64,000 nt of DNA from Elusimicrobiota bacterium (GTDB lineage: Bacteria; Elusimicrobiota; Elusimicrobia; UBA1565; UBA9628): NCBI GenBank assembly GCA_031423795.1, contig JANPGH010000122.1, forward strand, positions 5,603 through 69,602, read 5' to 3'. The notes beneath the pieces were generated by a model that had not been told where the DNA came from, searched no databases, and was given only the letters and a program-made list of their open reading frames with translations. Shown here in pieces: positions 36,910 through 45,799 of the stretch (position 1 is the first letter of the stretch; each line of letters opens with the position of its first letter). The translations under genes and the position numbers were made by a program.

Positions 36910-37536
36910 ATGATGCCTATTTTCAGCGCGGCCGCGCCGCTGGAGCCGGTTCCGGCCGCTTGCACGGCGACGCTCGTCGACTCGATTGCCGCCGATTTCG
37001 CGTCATCCGAAAGCGCCATCAAAGCGCTGAGCTCTCGAGTGCGAGAAGAGCAGGCATTTTTCATTGAGAACACTCGCGACGTGTTGCCCCCGGCGCCCGG
37101 CGCCGAAGATCCCTTCGAGGCCGCGTTCCGGTTCGAGGCGCTTGGGTCCTGTCTCTCGGAGAATCAGCGATCTACCGGCGTCGAACTCTGGGCGAAGTGG
37201 ATAGAGAGCGCCGATCCCGACACTCCCGTTTCTTATTGCGGACCGGGACAGCTCGGGCGTTCCTTTGCCCAGGACGGATACCTGATGTTTTCGCCCTTTA
37301 TTTCGATCGCCAAAGGCGACGACAGCCTTGTGCCCGTCGCGCCACTTGTGGTTGCATCTGGAGCCCTCAGTTTTGGCATCGACGTGGTGACGATGGTACC
37401 GAACATGTTCATGTCGACGGTCAAATTCTTTGCGAGAAAACGGTCGCACCGGCGCTCGGCGACAGCGTTGCGGCGTTTCGTCGATTTTGCGTTCGCGATG
37501 GGCCGCTGTCCGGCCGGCACGTTAGCGCCACGGTGA
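36910..37536 (+). CDS. Hypothetical protein
   Basis: Part of track ORF 36754..37536. The start is uncertain (ATG at 36910). No motif recognised. Confidence 0.35.
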   Translation: MMPIFSAAAPLEPVPAACTATLVDSIAADFASSESAIKALSSRVREEQAFFIENTRDVLPPAPGAEDPFEAAFRFEALGSCLSENQRSTGVELWAKWIESADPDTPVSYCGPGQLGRSFAQDGYLMFSPFISIAKGDDSLVPVAPLVVASGALSFGIDVVTMVPNMFMSTVKFFARKRSHRRSATALRRFVDFAFAMGRCPAGTLAPR

Positions 37537-37806
37537 TTCGTACGCGCGGACATCCTCGAAAGTAAGCTCTCGTATCGCGTCGGCAGAAACGGCGTACCAC
37601 GCGCGGTCGGGCGGGATCTTAGCGGAGTGCATGACGCGAACGATTGTTTCGCGTGAATCCCTGCGCAGCACGTGTCCGCCGATCGGTTCAATTCCTCGTG
37701 AATTGCGGAAATGGTCGACGACGCGTTTGACGCAGGCGCGTGACTCTTGGGCTTCTTCCCGTTCTTGACGTCTTCGACGAAGCCAGCCGCCGATCATTTC
37801 CCACAT
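37522..37806 (-). CDS. Small hypothetical protein downstream of def
   Basis: 94-aa track ORF, co-directional with def and 14 nt downstream of it. Confidence 0.4.
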   Translation of the reverse strand: MWEMIGGWLRRRRQEREEAQESRACVKRVVDHFRNSRGIEPIGGHVLRRDSRETIVRVMHSAKIPPDRAWYAVSADAIRELTFEDVRAYESPWR

Positions 37807-37820
37807 GATCGCATTAAGAA

Positions 37821-38354
37821 CTATCCGCGGCGGCCTAATTCGCTCATGTAGCTGAGCGTTTTGAGACCGTCCATCCGGTCCAAATATACCAGGCCATTGA
37901 GATGGTCCGTTTCGTGCTGAACCACGCGTGCGGGGAATCCTTCGTACACTCGCTTAAAGTGTTTCCCATCGATGCCGAGGCCGGAGAGCTCGAGCTTTTT
38001 GTGGCGGCGCACGAGACCTCTCAAGTCCGGGACCGAAAGACAGCCCTCCCAATCTTCTTCGAATTCATTGCCGATTGGGGTAATCACCGGGTTGAAGACG
38101 ACGGTCAGCTCGATGCCATCGGGATGGCGCTTGGTGCCTTTGGGAAGCCCCATTAGAAAGACGGATAAATCCTCGCCGACTTGATTGCCGGCGATGCCGA
38201 CGCCGTCATATTCATCCATCGTCACGGCCATTTCTCGCACCAGGCGCTGGATGTCGGCGGCTCGGACTTCGTCGGCTTTGAGTTTGCGCAAGACTTTGCG
38301 CAAGACGGGATGCCCCAATTGCGTTACCTTGCGTATTCCGGTGGAAACGAGCAT
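37821..38354 (-). CDS. def: Peptide deformylase
   Basis: GIAGNQVG, EGCLSVP and HETDHL motifs. Confidence 0.93.
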   Translation of the reverse strand: MLVSTGIRKVTQLGHPVLRKVLRKLKADEVRAADIQRLVREMAVTMDEYDGVGIAGNQVGEDLSVFLMGLPKGTKRHPDGIELTVVFNPVITPIGNEFEEDWEGCLSVPDLRGLVRRHKKLELSGLGIDGKHFKRVYEGFPARVVQHETDHLNGLVYLDRMDGLKTLSYMSELGRRG

Positions 38355-38432
38355 GCGCTTATTTTGCCATTTCGCGCTCCGGTGCGGCCATCATAAGTTC
38401 CTTCCGCTGAGGATTTCATATGATCACCGGGC

Positions 38433-38720
38433 ATGGTCCAAAAACAGGCCCGTACGCTCAATCGAATCCGCGCGGGGATCGACGCGGCTGACAACGCCGT
38501 CGTCCGTCTGCTGGCCAAACGCCGCGCAATGGTGATCGAATTGGCAAAAATCAAGCGCGAGGTCGGTATACCGATTTATGACCGAAAGCGCGAGCAAGCG
38601 CTGATCGCGCGCGTCAAGAAATGGGGCGCCAAGCACCGGCTCAACGAGGAATTCATCGAAGTGGTCTTCCGCCTGATCGTAATGAACTCGAAGGAAGAGC
38701 AGTACCGTGAAATTTTCTAA
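38433..38720 (+). CDS. Monofunctional chorismate mutase (AroQ class)
   Basis: 95 aa. LNRIRAGIDAADNAVVRLLAKRRAMVIELAKIK...IYDRKRE. Confidence 0.85.
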   Translation: MVQKQARTLNRIRAGIDAADNAVVRLLAKRRAMVIELAKIKREVGIPIYDRKREQALIARVKKWGAKHRLNEEFIEVVFRLIVMNSKEEQYREIF

Positions 38721-39858
38721 CCGGACCCTCGACGTTGCCGAGTCGGAAACGTTGGCGCTGTCGAACAAGGCCACCCAGTTGCGCCAATCCGGCAAAGATA
38801 TCATCAGCCTGCTCGAGGGCGAGCCCGATCTTCCCGTCCCTGAGGCAGTGATCAAGGCGACCCAAGAGGCATTACGCGCGGGCCGCACGCGCTACTCGGC
38901 CTCGACGGGGCTTCCCGAACTCAAGGAATCGTTGGCCCGCAAGCTGCTGCGCGACAACAACATTCCGGCGTCGCCTGCGGACATCCTCATCGCCAACGGC
39001 GCCAAACAAGTCATCTATGAGTTGCTCCAGGCCCTCTGCGAGATGGGTGACGAAGTATTGATTCCATCGCCCTGCTGGGTCACGTTTCCGGAGGCGGTGC
39101 GCCTGGCCGGAGCCCGGCCGGTGCTCGTGCCGACGACCGAGACGCACCAATTGGATCTCGACGCGCTGTCGCGCGCGGTGACTCCAGTGACGCGCGTCAT
39201 CATCCTCAATTCGCCGAACAACCCGACCGGCGCGGTCTACGACGAGCCCTCGTTGCGCGCTCTCTTCACTCTTGCTGTCCAACATGATTTGACCATCATT
39301 TCCGACGAGGCGTACGAGAGCCTCGTATACGATGGCAAACGGCACGTGAGCGTGGCCGCGCTGGGTAAAGAAGCGATGGCGCGCACAGTGACGGTCCAAA
39401 CCTTCTCGAAATCCTTCGCGATGACGGGATTTCGCGTCGGCTACATGGCCGGTCCCTCCGAGCTGGTCGGGACGGTGGCCCGCATCCACAGCCACATGAC
39501 GGGAAACGCCTGCACGTTTGCGCAGCACGGCGCCTTGGCCGCTTTGTCCTTGGGCGAAGATCACCGCCGGCGCTGGCGAACCGAGCATCAGCTCCGGCGC
39601 GACACGGCCTTCGTGCTCGGCGCAAGACTTTTCGACTGCAAGAAGCCGGAAGGCGGACTATTCCTGTTCGCCGATGTTCGCCGGCACCTGGGCAAGACAT
39701 TCCAGACGTCCGCGCAGCTTGCCGAACACTTCCTGAAAGCGGGGGTCGCGGTCGTTCCCGGCTCTGCGTTCGGCCGCGAGGGTTTTTTGCGGCTGAGCTT
39801 CACCGCGCCGGAGGCGGCGCTGCGTCAGGCCTTTTGGCGCCTGGAGAAGGCACTGTGA
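38707..39858 (+). CDS. Class I/II pyridoxal-phosphate aminotransferase (aspartate/aromatic/prephenate type)
   Basis: 383 aa. NSPNNPTG, SKSFAMTGFRVGY (PLP lysine), RLSF. Confidence 0.9.
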   Translation: MKFSNRTLDVAESETLALSNKATQLRQSGKDIISLLEGEPDLPVPEAVIKATQEALRAGRTRYSASTGLPELKESLARKLLRDNNIPASPADILIANGAKQVIYELLQALCEMGDEVLIPSPCWVTFPEAVRLAGARPVLVPTTETHQLDLDALSRAVTPVTRVIILNSPNNPTGAVYDEPSLRALFTLAVQHDLTIISDEAYESLVYDGKRHVSVAALGKEAMARTVTVQTFSKSFAMTGFRVGYMAGPSELVGTVARIHSHMTGNACTFAQHGALAALSLGEDHRRRWRTEHQLRRDTAFVLGARLFDCKKPEGGLFLFADVRRHLGKTFQTSAQLAEHFLKAGVAVVPGSAFGREGFLRLSFTAPEAALRQAFWRLEKAL

Positions 39859-40583
39859 CGGTCGGACTGGTGGGCTTTGGGCGTCTTGGGCGCCTGCTGG
39901 TTAAACATTTCGCCAAAGACGCGAAAATTTTCGTTGCCGACAGGAAGCTCAACTCACGTTTGGCCAAGAAATTGGGCGCGACCCCGGTCGCATTCGCGCA
40001 AGCCTGTGCTCAGCCCATCGTCGTGCTGTGCATCCCGATCGCCGAATTCGAGAATACGGTTAAAAAGGCTTGTCCCTTCGTAAAACCAGGAGCCTTGGTC
40101 GTCGACGTCTGTTCTGTCAAGGAACATCCGGTCAAGATCATGAGGCGTTGGCTGCCGAAAGACGTCAGCATCTTGGGAACCCATCCTAATTTCGGACCGG
40201 ACAGCGCGGCGGATTCATTGAAAGGCCGAAAAATTGTGTTATGTCGTTCGCGCATCGACGGCCGCAAATTCGCCGCCGTCAAGAAAGTCCTAGCGCGCAA
40301 AGGACTACGATTGCTCGAGATGACGGCGCGCGATCATGACCGCCGGATGGCCGCGTCGTTATTGTTGACCCACTTCGTTGGGCGGGCCTTGATCGCTTAT
40401 GGCGCGAAAACGACGGGAGTAGACACGGAAGGCTATAAGCGCCTTCTTTTCATCTTGGAGACGGTCCGCAACGACTCGTGGCAGCTGTTTGAGGACATGA
40501 ACCGTTTCAACACGGATGCCGCGTCCATGCGCCGGCGGCTCCTCGCCGCTTTTAAGTCCGTTGACAGGAAGGTGAGCCGATGA
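39855..40583 (+). CDS. Prephenate/arogenate dehydrogenase
   Basis: GTG start in a GTGA overlap. Rossmann motif VGLVGFGRLGRLL. HPNFGP motif. Confidence 0.8.
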   Translation: MTVGLVGFGRLGRLLVKHFAKDAKIFVADRKLNSRLAKKLGATPVAFAQACAQPIVVLCIPIAEFENTVKKACPFVKPGALVVDVCSVKEHPVKIMRRWLPKDVSILGTHPNFGPDSAADSLKGRKIVLCRSRIDGRKFAAVKKVLARKGLRLLEMTARDHDRRMAASLLLTHFVGRALIAYGAKTTGVDTEGYKRLLFILETVRNDSWQLFEDMNRFNTDAASMRRRLLAAFKSVDRKVSR

Positions 40584-41419
40584 AGGTCGCATTTCAAGGC
40601 GAACGTGGTGCTTACAGCGAAGCGGCACTCACCGCGCATTACGGGACGGAGGTCGAGCCCGTCGGCTATCCATTTAGCGAACAGGTCTTCGACGCCGTTG
40701 AGCAAGGCCAGGCAGAGGCCGGGTTCATCCCGGTGGAAAACAGTATTGCAGGGCCGGTCGGGGTTAACATCGATTTGCTTCTGGCCCGTCCCGTCTACGC
40801 GATCGCCGAATCGTATTTTTTAATCGAGCACTGCTTATTGGCGCTGCCTGGTGCGCGGCTGCACGGGATCGCATCGGTTTGGTCGCATCCGATCGCCTTG
40901 GCCCAATGCCGCGAATTCATTAATGGCCGTGGCTGGAAGGCCATTCCTGAATATGACACGGCTGGTGCTGCGCGCTTGGTTGGCGAGCGTAAGGACCCGT
41001 CGGAGGCGGCGATCGCCTCGAAGCATTGCGCCCAGGCCTACGGGCTGATCGTTCTTGCCCAAGGAATCCAGTCGGTGAAGGAAAACTACACAAGGTTTCT
41101 CGCCTTCGTGCGCGAAAAGCGCGTTGCGCACCAGGACACTTCAGGCAAAATCAGTCTCGCGTTCTCGGTCCATCATCACCCGGGAGCGTTGCTCGACTGC
41201 TTGAAGCTATTCGCGGAACACTCGATCAACCTCTCGCGGTTGGAATCAAGGCCGATCGTCGCCAATCCCTTCGAATATTCGTTTTTCGTCGACTTCTTAG
41301 GCGACATCAACGCCGCACCAGTAAAGGCTGTCCTCAAAAAGCTGAATAACACCGCGCGTTCGGTGAAGATTCTCGGCTCATATCCGCAGGCCGACCGGCC
41401 AAAACCCACCGCGCAATGA
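40580..41419 (+). CDS. pheA: Prephenate dehydratase (no fused chorismate mutase domain) with C-terminal ACT domain
   Basis: VAFQGERGAYSE, ENSIAGPV, TRFL, ESRP motifs. Confidence 0.9.
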   Translation: MKVAFQGERGAYSEAALTAHYGTEVEPVGYPFSEQVFDAVEQGQAEAGFIPVENSIAGPVGVNIDLLLARPVYAIAESYFLIEHCLLALPGARLHGIASVWSHPIALAQCREFINGRGWKAIPEYDTAGAARLVGERKDPSEAAIASKHCAQAYGLIVLAQGIQSVKENYTRFLAFVREKRVAHQDTSGKISLAFSVHHHPGALLDCLKLFAEHSINLSRLESRPIVANPFEYSFFVDFLGDINAAPVKAVLKKLNNTARSVKILGSYPQADRPKPTAQ

Positions 41420-42300
41420 CTCCCGGCAGTCCGTGGATTGTTTTCCTCTATGCGTTGATCACGCTCATTTGGGGCTCGACGTGGCTGGTGATCAAGATCG
41501 GCCTGGTCGGGGTTCCGCCATTTTTGGGAGCGGGACTGCGCTTTGCGCTGGCGACGGCCGTTCTGTTCGCCTTGATCGCCGTTCAGGGACGCAAGATCGC
41601 CGTCGACCGGCAAGGAAGGATCGCCGTCGTGTCCTGCGGTCTGTTAAGCTTCACGGTTTCTTACGCGTGCGTTTATTGGGCCGAGCAGTATATCTCGAGC
41701 GGACTCACCGCGATTTTGTACTGCTTGATGCCGCTGGCGACCGCGCTCCTGAGCCGTTACTGGACCAGGTCGGAAACCCTCTCGACGCGCAAGGTCGTCG
41801 GAATCGTCATCGGAATGCTCGGGACCGCTGTCCTGTTCTGGCCGTCTGAGACGGTGACTCGTTCCCATTTAGCGGGAATGGCCGCGGCGCTTTTTTCCGT
41901 GCTCGGCGCGGCCGTAAATTTGGTTACCGTCAAGAAGTACGCCCGTGACACCGACGTGTACGCGCTCAACGCCTGGGGTATGGGCATCGGAGCGATTTGT
42001 CTGCTTGCGTTAAGTGCCGTGTTCGAGCGCCAGTCGGCGGTGCTTTGGAGTACTACCAACGCGCTTGCTATCGTGTACCTGGCGCTGGCGGGGTCGGTGG
42101 TGGCTTTCCTGTCATACTTCTCGCTGATCAAGGTGATGGACGCCACCCACCTCAGTCTGATCACCCTAATTTTCCCGATCGTCGCAGTATTCCTGGGGCG
42201 AATCTTCCTGCGGGAAGCCATTGCGCCGAGCGCGTGGGTGGGGATGGCCTTGGTGCTGGGCGGCGTCGCAATCGCGATCGTTCCTGCGTCGCGAGTTTAA
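41416..42300 (+). CDS. EamA/DMT-superfamily transporter
   Basis: 294 aa with 10 hydrophobic helices and a duplicated EamA pattern. ATGA overlap with pheA. Confidence 0.85.
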   Translation: MTPGSPWIVFLYALITLIWGSTWLVIKIGLVGVPPFLGAGLRFALATAVLFALIAVQGRKIAVDRQGRIAVVSCGLLSFTVSYACVYWAEQYISSGLTAILYCLMPLATALLSRYWTRSETLSTRKVVGIVIGMLGTAVLFWPSETVTRSHLAGMAAALFSVLGAAVNLVTVKKYARDTDVYALNAWGMGIGAICLLALSAVFERQSAVLWSTTNALAIVYLALAGSVVAFLSYFSLIKVMDATHLSLITLIFPIVAVFLGRIFLREAIAPSAWVGMALVLGGVAIAIVPASRV

Positions 42301-43358
42301 AGCGCTTTCGCGGCGGCTCGGATCAGTTTTGCGGTGTCGTCCCAGCCGAGGCAGGAGTCGGTGAGCGACACTCCGTAGCGCAATTCGGCGAGGTTTTTAG
42401 GGATGTCTTGCCGGCCTTCGTTGAGGTTGCTTTCCAGCATCAATCCGATCAGCTTCGACTTTCCGCGCCGGACCTGAGCAATGCAGGCGTCGAAAACCGC
42501 AGGTTGCCGACGGAAATCCTTTCCAGAATTGCCGTGACTACAGTCAATCATTAGGCGCGCATCGAGCCCGGCGGCCTCCAGCATTTGCGCCGCGCCGAGG
42601 ACGGACACCTCGTCGTAGTTCGGCTTGCGTCCGCCGCGCAGTACGACGTGGCAGTCTTTGTTGCCTCGCGTCTGGTATACCGCGACGCGCCCGCTGGGGG
42701 CAACGCCGAGAAAATGATGCGGCGAGGCGGCCGATTTGATCGCGTCGACGGCGACTTGCACGGAACCGTCAGTCGCATTCTTGAAGCCGACGGGCGTCGA
42801 CAACCCACTGGCGAGTTCGCGATGGGTCTGCGACTCCGTCGTTCGGGCGCCGATCGCGTGCCAACTGACCAGGTCGGCGAGGTATTGCGGTGAGATCGGG
42901 TCGAGGGCCTCGGTTGCGGCGGGAAGGCCCAACTCGGTCACGCGCAAAAGTAGGCCCCGGGCCGCCTTAAGCCCTCTCTCGATGTCATAGGTGCCGTCGA
43001 GGCGGGGATCGTTGATCAGTCCTTTCCAGCCGACGGTGGTCCGGGGCTTTTCGAAGTAAACGCGCATCACCAGCAAGAAGCGATGCCGGACTTCCTCTGC
43101 GAGTATGCGCAATCGCCCTGCGTACTCCTCGGCCGCGTCGGGGTCGTGCACCGAGCAAGGGCCGACGACGATGAATCGCCGGTCGTCCCGGCCGTGGATA
43201 ATGTCGCTGAGCTGCGCCCGATGGCGGCGGACGCTCTCCAGGCAGCGTTTCGACGCGGGCAGGAGCTTCAGCACGTCTTGCGGCGCGGGCAGGGAACGGT
43301 GCGCGAGGATGTTCGCGTCCACAAGGGAATCGGCACGGGGTCGTTTTGCGGCGGCCAT
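42297..43358 (-). CDS. 3-deoxy-7-phosphoheptulonate (DAHP) synthase, class I
   Basis: 353 aa. GPCSVHD, KPRTTVGWKGLINDP, IDCSHGNS. Confidence 0.95.
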   Translation of the reverse strand: MAAAKRPRADSLVDANILAHRSLPAPQDVLKLLPASKRCLESVRRHRAQLSDIIHGRDDRRFIVVGPCSVHDPDAAEEYAGRLRILAEEVRHRFLLVMRVYFEKPRTTVGWKGLINDPRLDGTYDIERGLKAARGLLLRVTELGLPAATEALDPISPQYLADLVSWHAIGARTTESQTHRELASGLSTPVGFKNATDGSVQVAVDAIKSAASPHHFLGVAPSGRVAVYQTRGNKDCHVVLRGGRKPNYDEVSVLGAAQMLEAAGLDARLMIDCSHGNSGKDFRRQPAVFDACIAQVRRGKSKLIGLMLESNLNEGRQDIPKNLAELRYGVSLTDSCLGWDDTAKLIRAAAKAL

Positions 43359-43388
43359 ACGTCATTGTCGCATATCGGCCGACCGCCT

Positions 43389-44528
43389 TTAAATCCCGCG
43401 TGTAGGTCGTTCTCGGAATGGTGAATTCTGCGGGAAAACCGGGCCGAGTTGGGCCTCGATTAGGCGGATCGTGACGGCTATTGTGGGAGAAAACCAGCGG
43501 CGGAAATTATCAGAATTTAATGTGGGTCCATGGTCCCACATCCACAAAATGGCGTGGATTTCTGCCAGAGTTTCCTGGCGGGCGGCTTGATAAAATCCGG
43601 TCGCCGGATCGGCGTGGATGAAATAGCCAAAACCGTTACCAATGTCGCCCCTCGGGAGGCTGTCGAGAAAATCGGAGGAGATCGCTTGGAAATCATTGCG
43701 CCATGCCGCGCGGAATTCGGGATGTTCGGAAAAGCCCCGCGAGTGATACCACTGAGCCTGATCTCCGCGCGCGTAGCGAGCGGCAAGTTCGCCGAGTATA
43801 AAGCCGATCGCATGGCCGGTTTCGTGGGCGACGGCATTTCCCACGTTGCGAGTGTGCTGCCAGCGCACCTCGCTCTTGTTCCAGACATGTTCCGCAATGA
43901 CGAATGTTTTCTCGCCGGGGAAATGGCAGCCGCCGCTTTGATCATAATAATCCGGGAGGCGGTCGCGGCCTTGGCGCACAGTATCGTTGACGTGGACCCC
44001 ATAGCCCGCATGGGCCAGCCGGCGCAAAACCGCAGAGGGAATCAGGCGCGCCATGGTTGAGCGCACTTCATCGGCAAATCCGGGACTAGCGCGAACGGTC
44101 AATATCCTATCCAGGGCGAGGTCAGTTTCGTTGCGGGTGACGGCAGGGGAGCCTTCCCAAAGAGCGCCGAGGCGCGACTGCAAAATCGGGGCTTCGTGAT
44201 GCGAGCTGTCCGCAATTACTTGGAGGGCGGCGAGAGGCGCGAGTAACGGCTGCGGGACAGTGCCGGACATATTTATTTCGCTTACGGGAGGCATCGGCTC
44301 GAAAGGCGATTGCGACATGCCGCGCCTAAAGGGAATCGTGGTGGGCATACGCATGTCTATCCCCAGACGGCCCATCGTAGGACTGCCGATCCCGGGACTA
44401 TCGATCCGGAGGGTAGGGGGGAGGGCAATCCGGACCGGCTCGGCGCGCCCTCTCACGCTGTGAGCCGACGCAAAAATAGGCAATACGCCAACGCTCGCGA
44501 GGACCGAAACCAATCGGAGACGGTTCAC
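43389..44528 (-). CDS. Secreted putative zinc metalloprotease (HExxH)
   Basis: 379 aa. Signal peptide MNRLRLVSVLASVGVLPIFASA. VAHETGHAIGF motif preceded by FVIAEHVW. Confidence 0.6.
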   Translation of the reverse strand: MNRLRLVSVLASVGVLPIFASAHSVRGRAEPVRIALPPTLRIDSPGIGSPTMGRLGIDMRMPTTIPFRRGMSQSPFEPMPPVSEINMSGTVPQPLLAPLAALQVIADSSHHEAPILQSRLGALWEGSPAVTRNETDLALDRILTVRASPGFADEVRSTMARLIPSAVLRRLAHAGYGVHVNDTVRQGRDRLPDYYDQSGGCHFPGEKTFVIAEHVWNKSEVRWQHTRNVGNAVAHETGHAIGFILGELAARYARGDQAQWYHSRGFSEHPEFRAAWRNDFQAISSDFLDSLPRGDIGNGFGYFIHADPATGFYQAARQETLAEIHAILWMWDHGPTLNSDNFRRWFSPTIAVTIRLIEAQLGPVFPQNSPFRERPTRGI

Positions 44529-44683
44529 TCGCCAATCCTAATTTTTCACTTGCCGTGAGGATTGGGACATTAGGACCACACCGGGAGCGATAATGGACCT
44601 AGATCGAAATGGACCGATTAGTCCTTCACAACGGATGCGCGGCTTGACCAGCGTGTCCGACGGGTGGTACTCTGCCTATTAGA

Positions 44684-45799
44684 ATGGCGGCGATGAAACA
44701 GGCGGCGACGGCGAAACGGGCGGTCGTCAAGCTCGGGTCTGGAGTCCTGTCCGGAGGAGGAGAGGGCTTGGACCAGGCGACTTTGCGTCGCTTGGCGTGC
44801 GACATCGGCTCGGCGGGCGAAACGGGGCGCGAGATCGTCGTGGTTTCTTCCGGCGCGATTTTGGCCGGTCGGGAAAAATTGGCGCTGAAGTCCCGTCCCA
44901 GCGTGCAGCTCAAGCAGGCCGCGGCGGCGGTCGGACAGAGCCGGCTGATGCGCGCGTGGGAAGCGGCCTTTTCTCCGCACGGCCTCACGGTTGCCCAAGT
45001 TCTGCTGACCGCGGACGATTTGCGCGATCGCCGGCGCTACTTGAACGCGCGGAGCACGTTGCTGACGCTATTGCGGCTCGGCGTGGTGCCGATCGTCAAT
45101 GAAAACGACACCGTCGCGGTCGAGGAGATCAAGTTCGGGGATAACGACGGGCTCTCGGCCCTCGTCGCAGGGCTCATCGACGCCGACCTTCTTGTCTTGT
45201 TGACCGATCAAGACGGATTATTCACGGATGACCCGCGCTCCAATCCGCGCGCCGAGCTGATCGGGTACGTCCGCCCCGGGGAGAAGCCCGCCCGCGTCGG
45301 CCGCGCCGGCCCTTGGGGAACGGGAGGCATGGAATCCAAAGTTCGCGCCGCGCGTCGCGCGACCGACGGAGGCATTGCCGTCATCGTCGCCAACGGGACG
45401 AAGGCGGGAACCTTGGCAGCGGCGTTCGCGGGCGATCCGATCGGGACGTTATTTTCACCCGAGGATAAGCCGCTGACGCAGCGTAGGCAATGGCTGGCCT
45501 TCGCGTCCGCACCGAAAGGGAGAATCGTCGTCGACAGCGGCGCACGCGAAGCGCTTCTCTCGCGCTCGAAAAGCCTGCTCGCGTCCGGGGTGCGGTCGTT
45601 GTCGGGCTTCTTCAATCCCGGCGACGTCGTCAGCCTCGTCGAAAGTGGCGTGGAGTTCGCGCGCGGCTTGAGCAATTTTTCCGCGGCCGATCTCGAGCGC
45701 GTCAAAGGGCTGAAGACGGCCCAAATCGAGCCGATTTTGGGGCATAAACCGGCGGACGAAGTCGTCCATCGCGATAATTTGGCGGTCCTTAAACCATGA
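44684..45799 (+). CDS. proB: Glutamate 5-kinase with PUA domain
   Basis: 371 aa. VVKLGSGVL, NENDTV, GTGGM. Confidence 0.95.
   Translation: MAAMKQAATAKRAVVKLGSGVLSGGGEGLDQATLRRLACDIGSAGETGREIVVVSSGAILAGREKLALKSRPSVQLKQAAAAVGQSRLMRAWEAAFSPHGLTVAQVLLTADDLRDRRRYLNARSTLLTLLRLGVVPIVNENDTVAVEEIKFGDNDGLSALVAGLIDADLLVLLTDQDGLFTDDPRSNPRAELIGYVRPGEKPARVGRAGPWGTGGMESKVRAARRATDGGIAVIVANGTKAGTLAAAFAGDPIGTLFSPEDKPLTQRRQWLAFASAPKGRIVVDSGAREALLSRSKSLLASGVRSLSGFFNPGDVVSLVESGVEFARGLSNFSAADLERVKGLKTAQIEPILGHKPADEVVHRDNLAVLKP

Noticed and set aside
44644-44673. Possible proBA promoter (TTGACC, 18-nt spacer, TACTCT)
   Set aside because: The spacing and the -10 element are mediocre, and the leader to the annotated ATG would be only about 10 nt. 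Not supported well enough to list as a feature.
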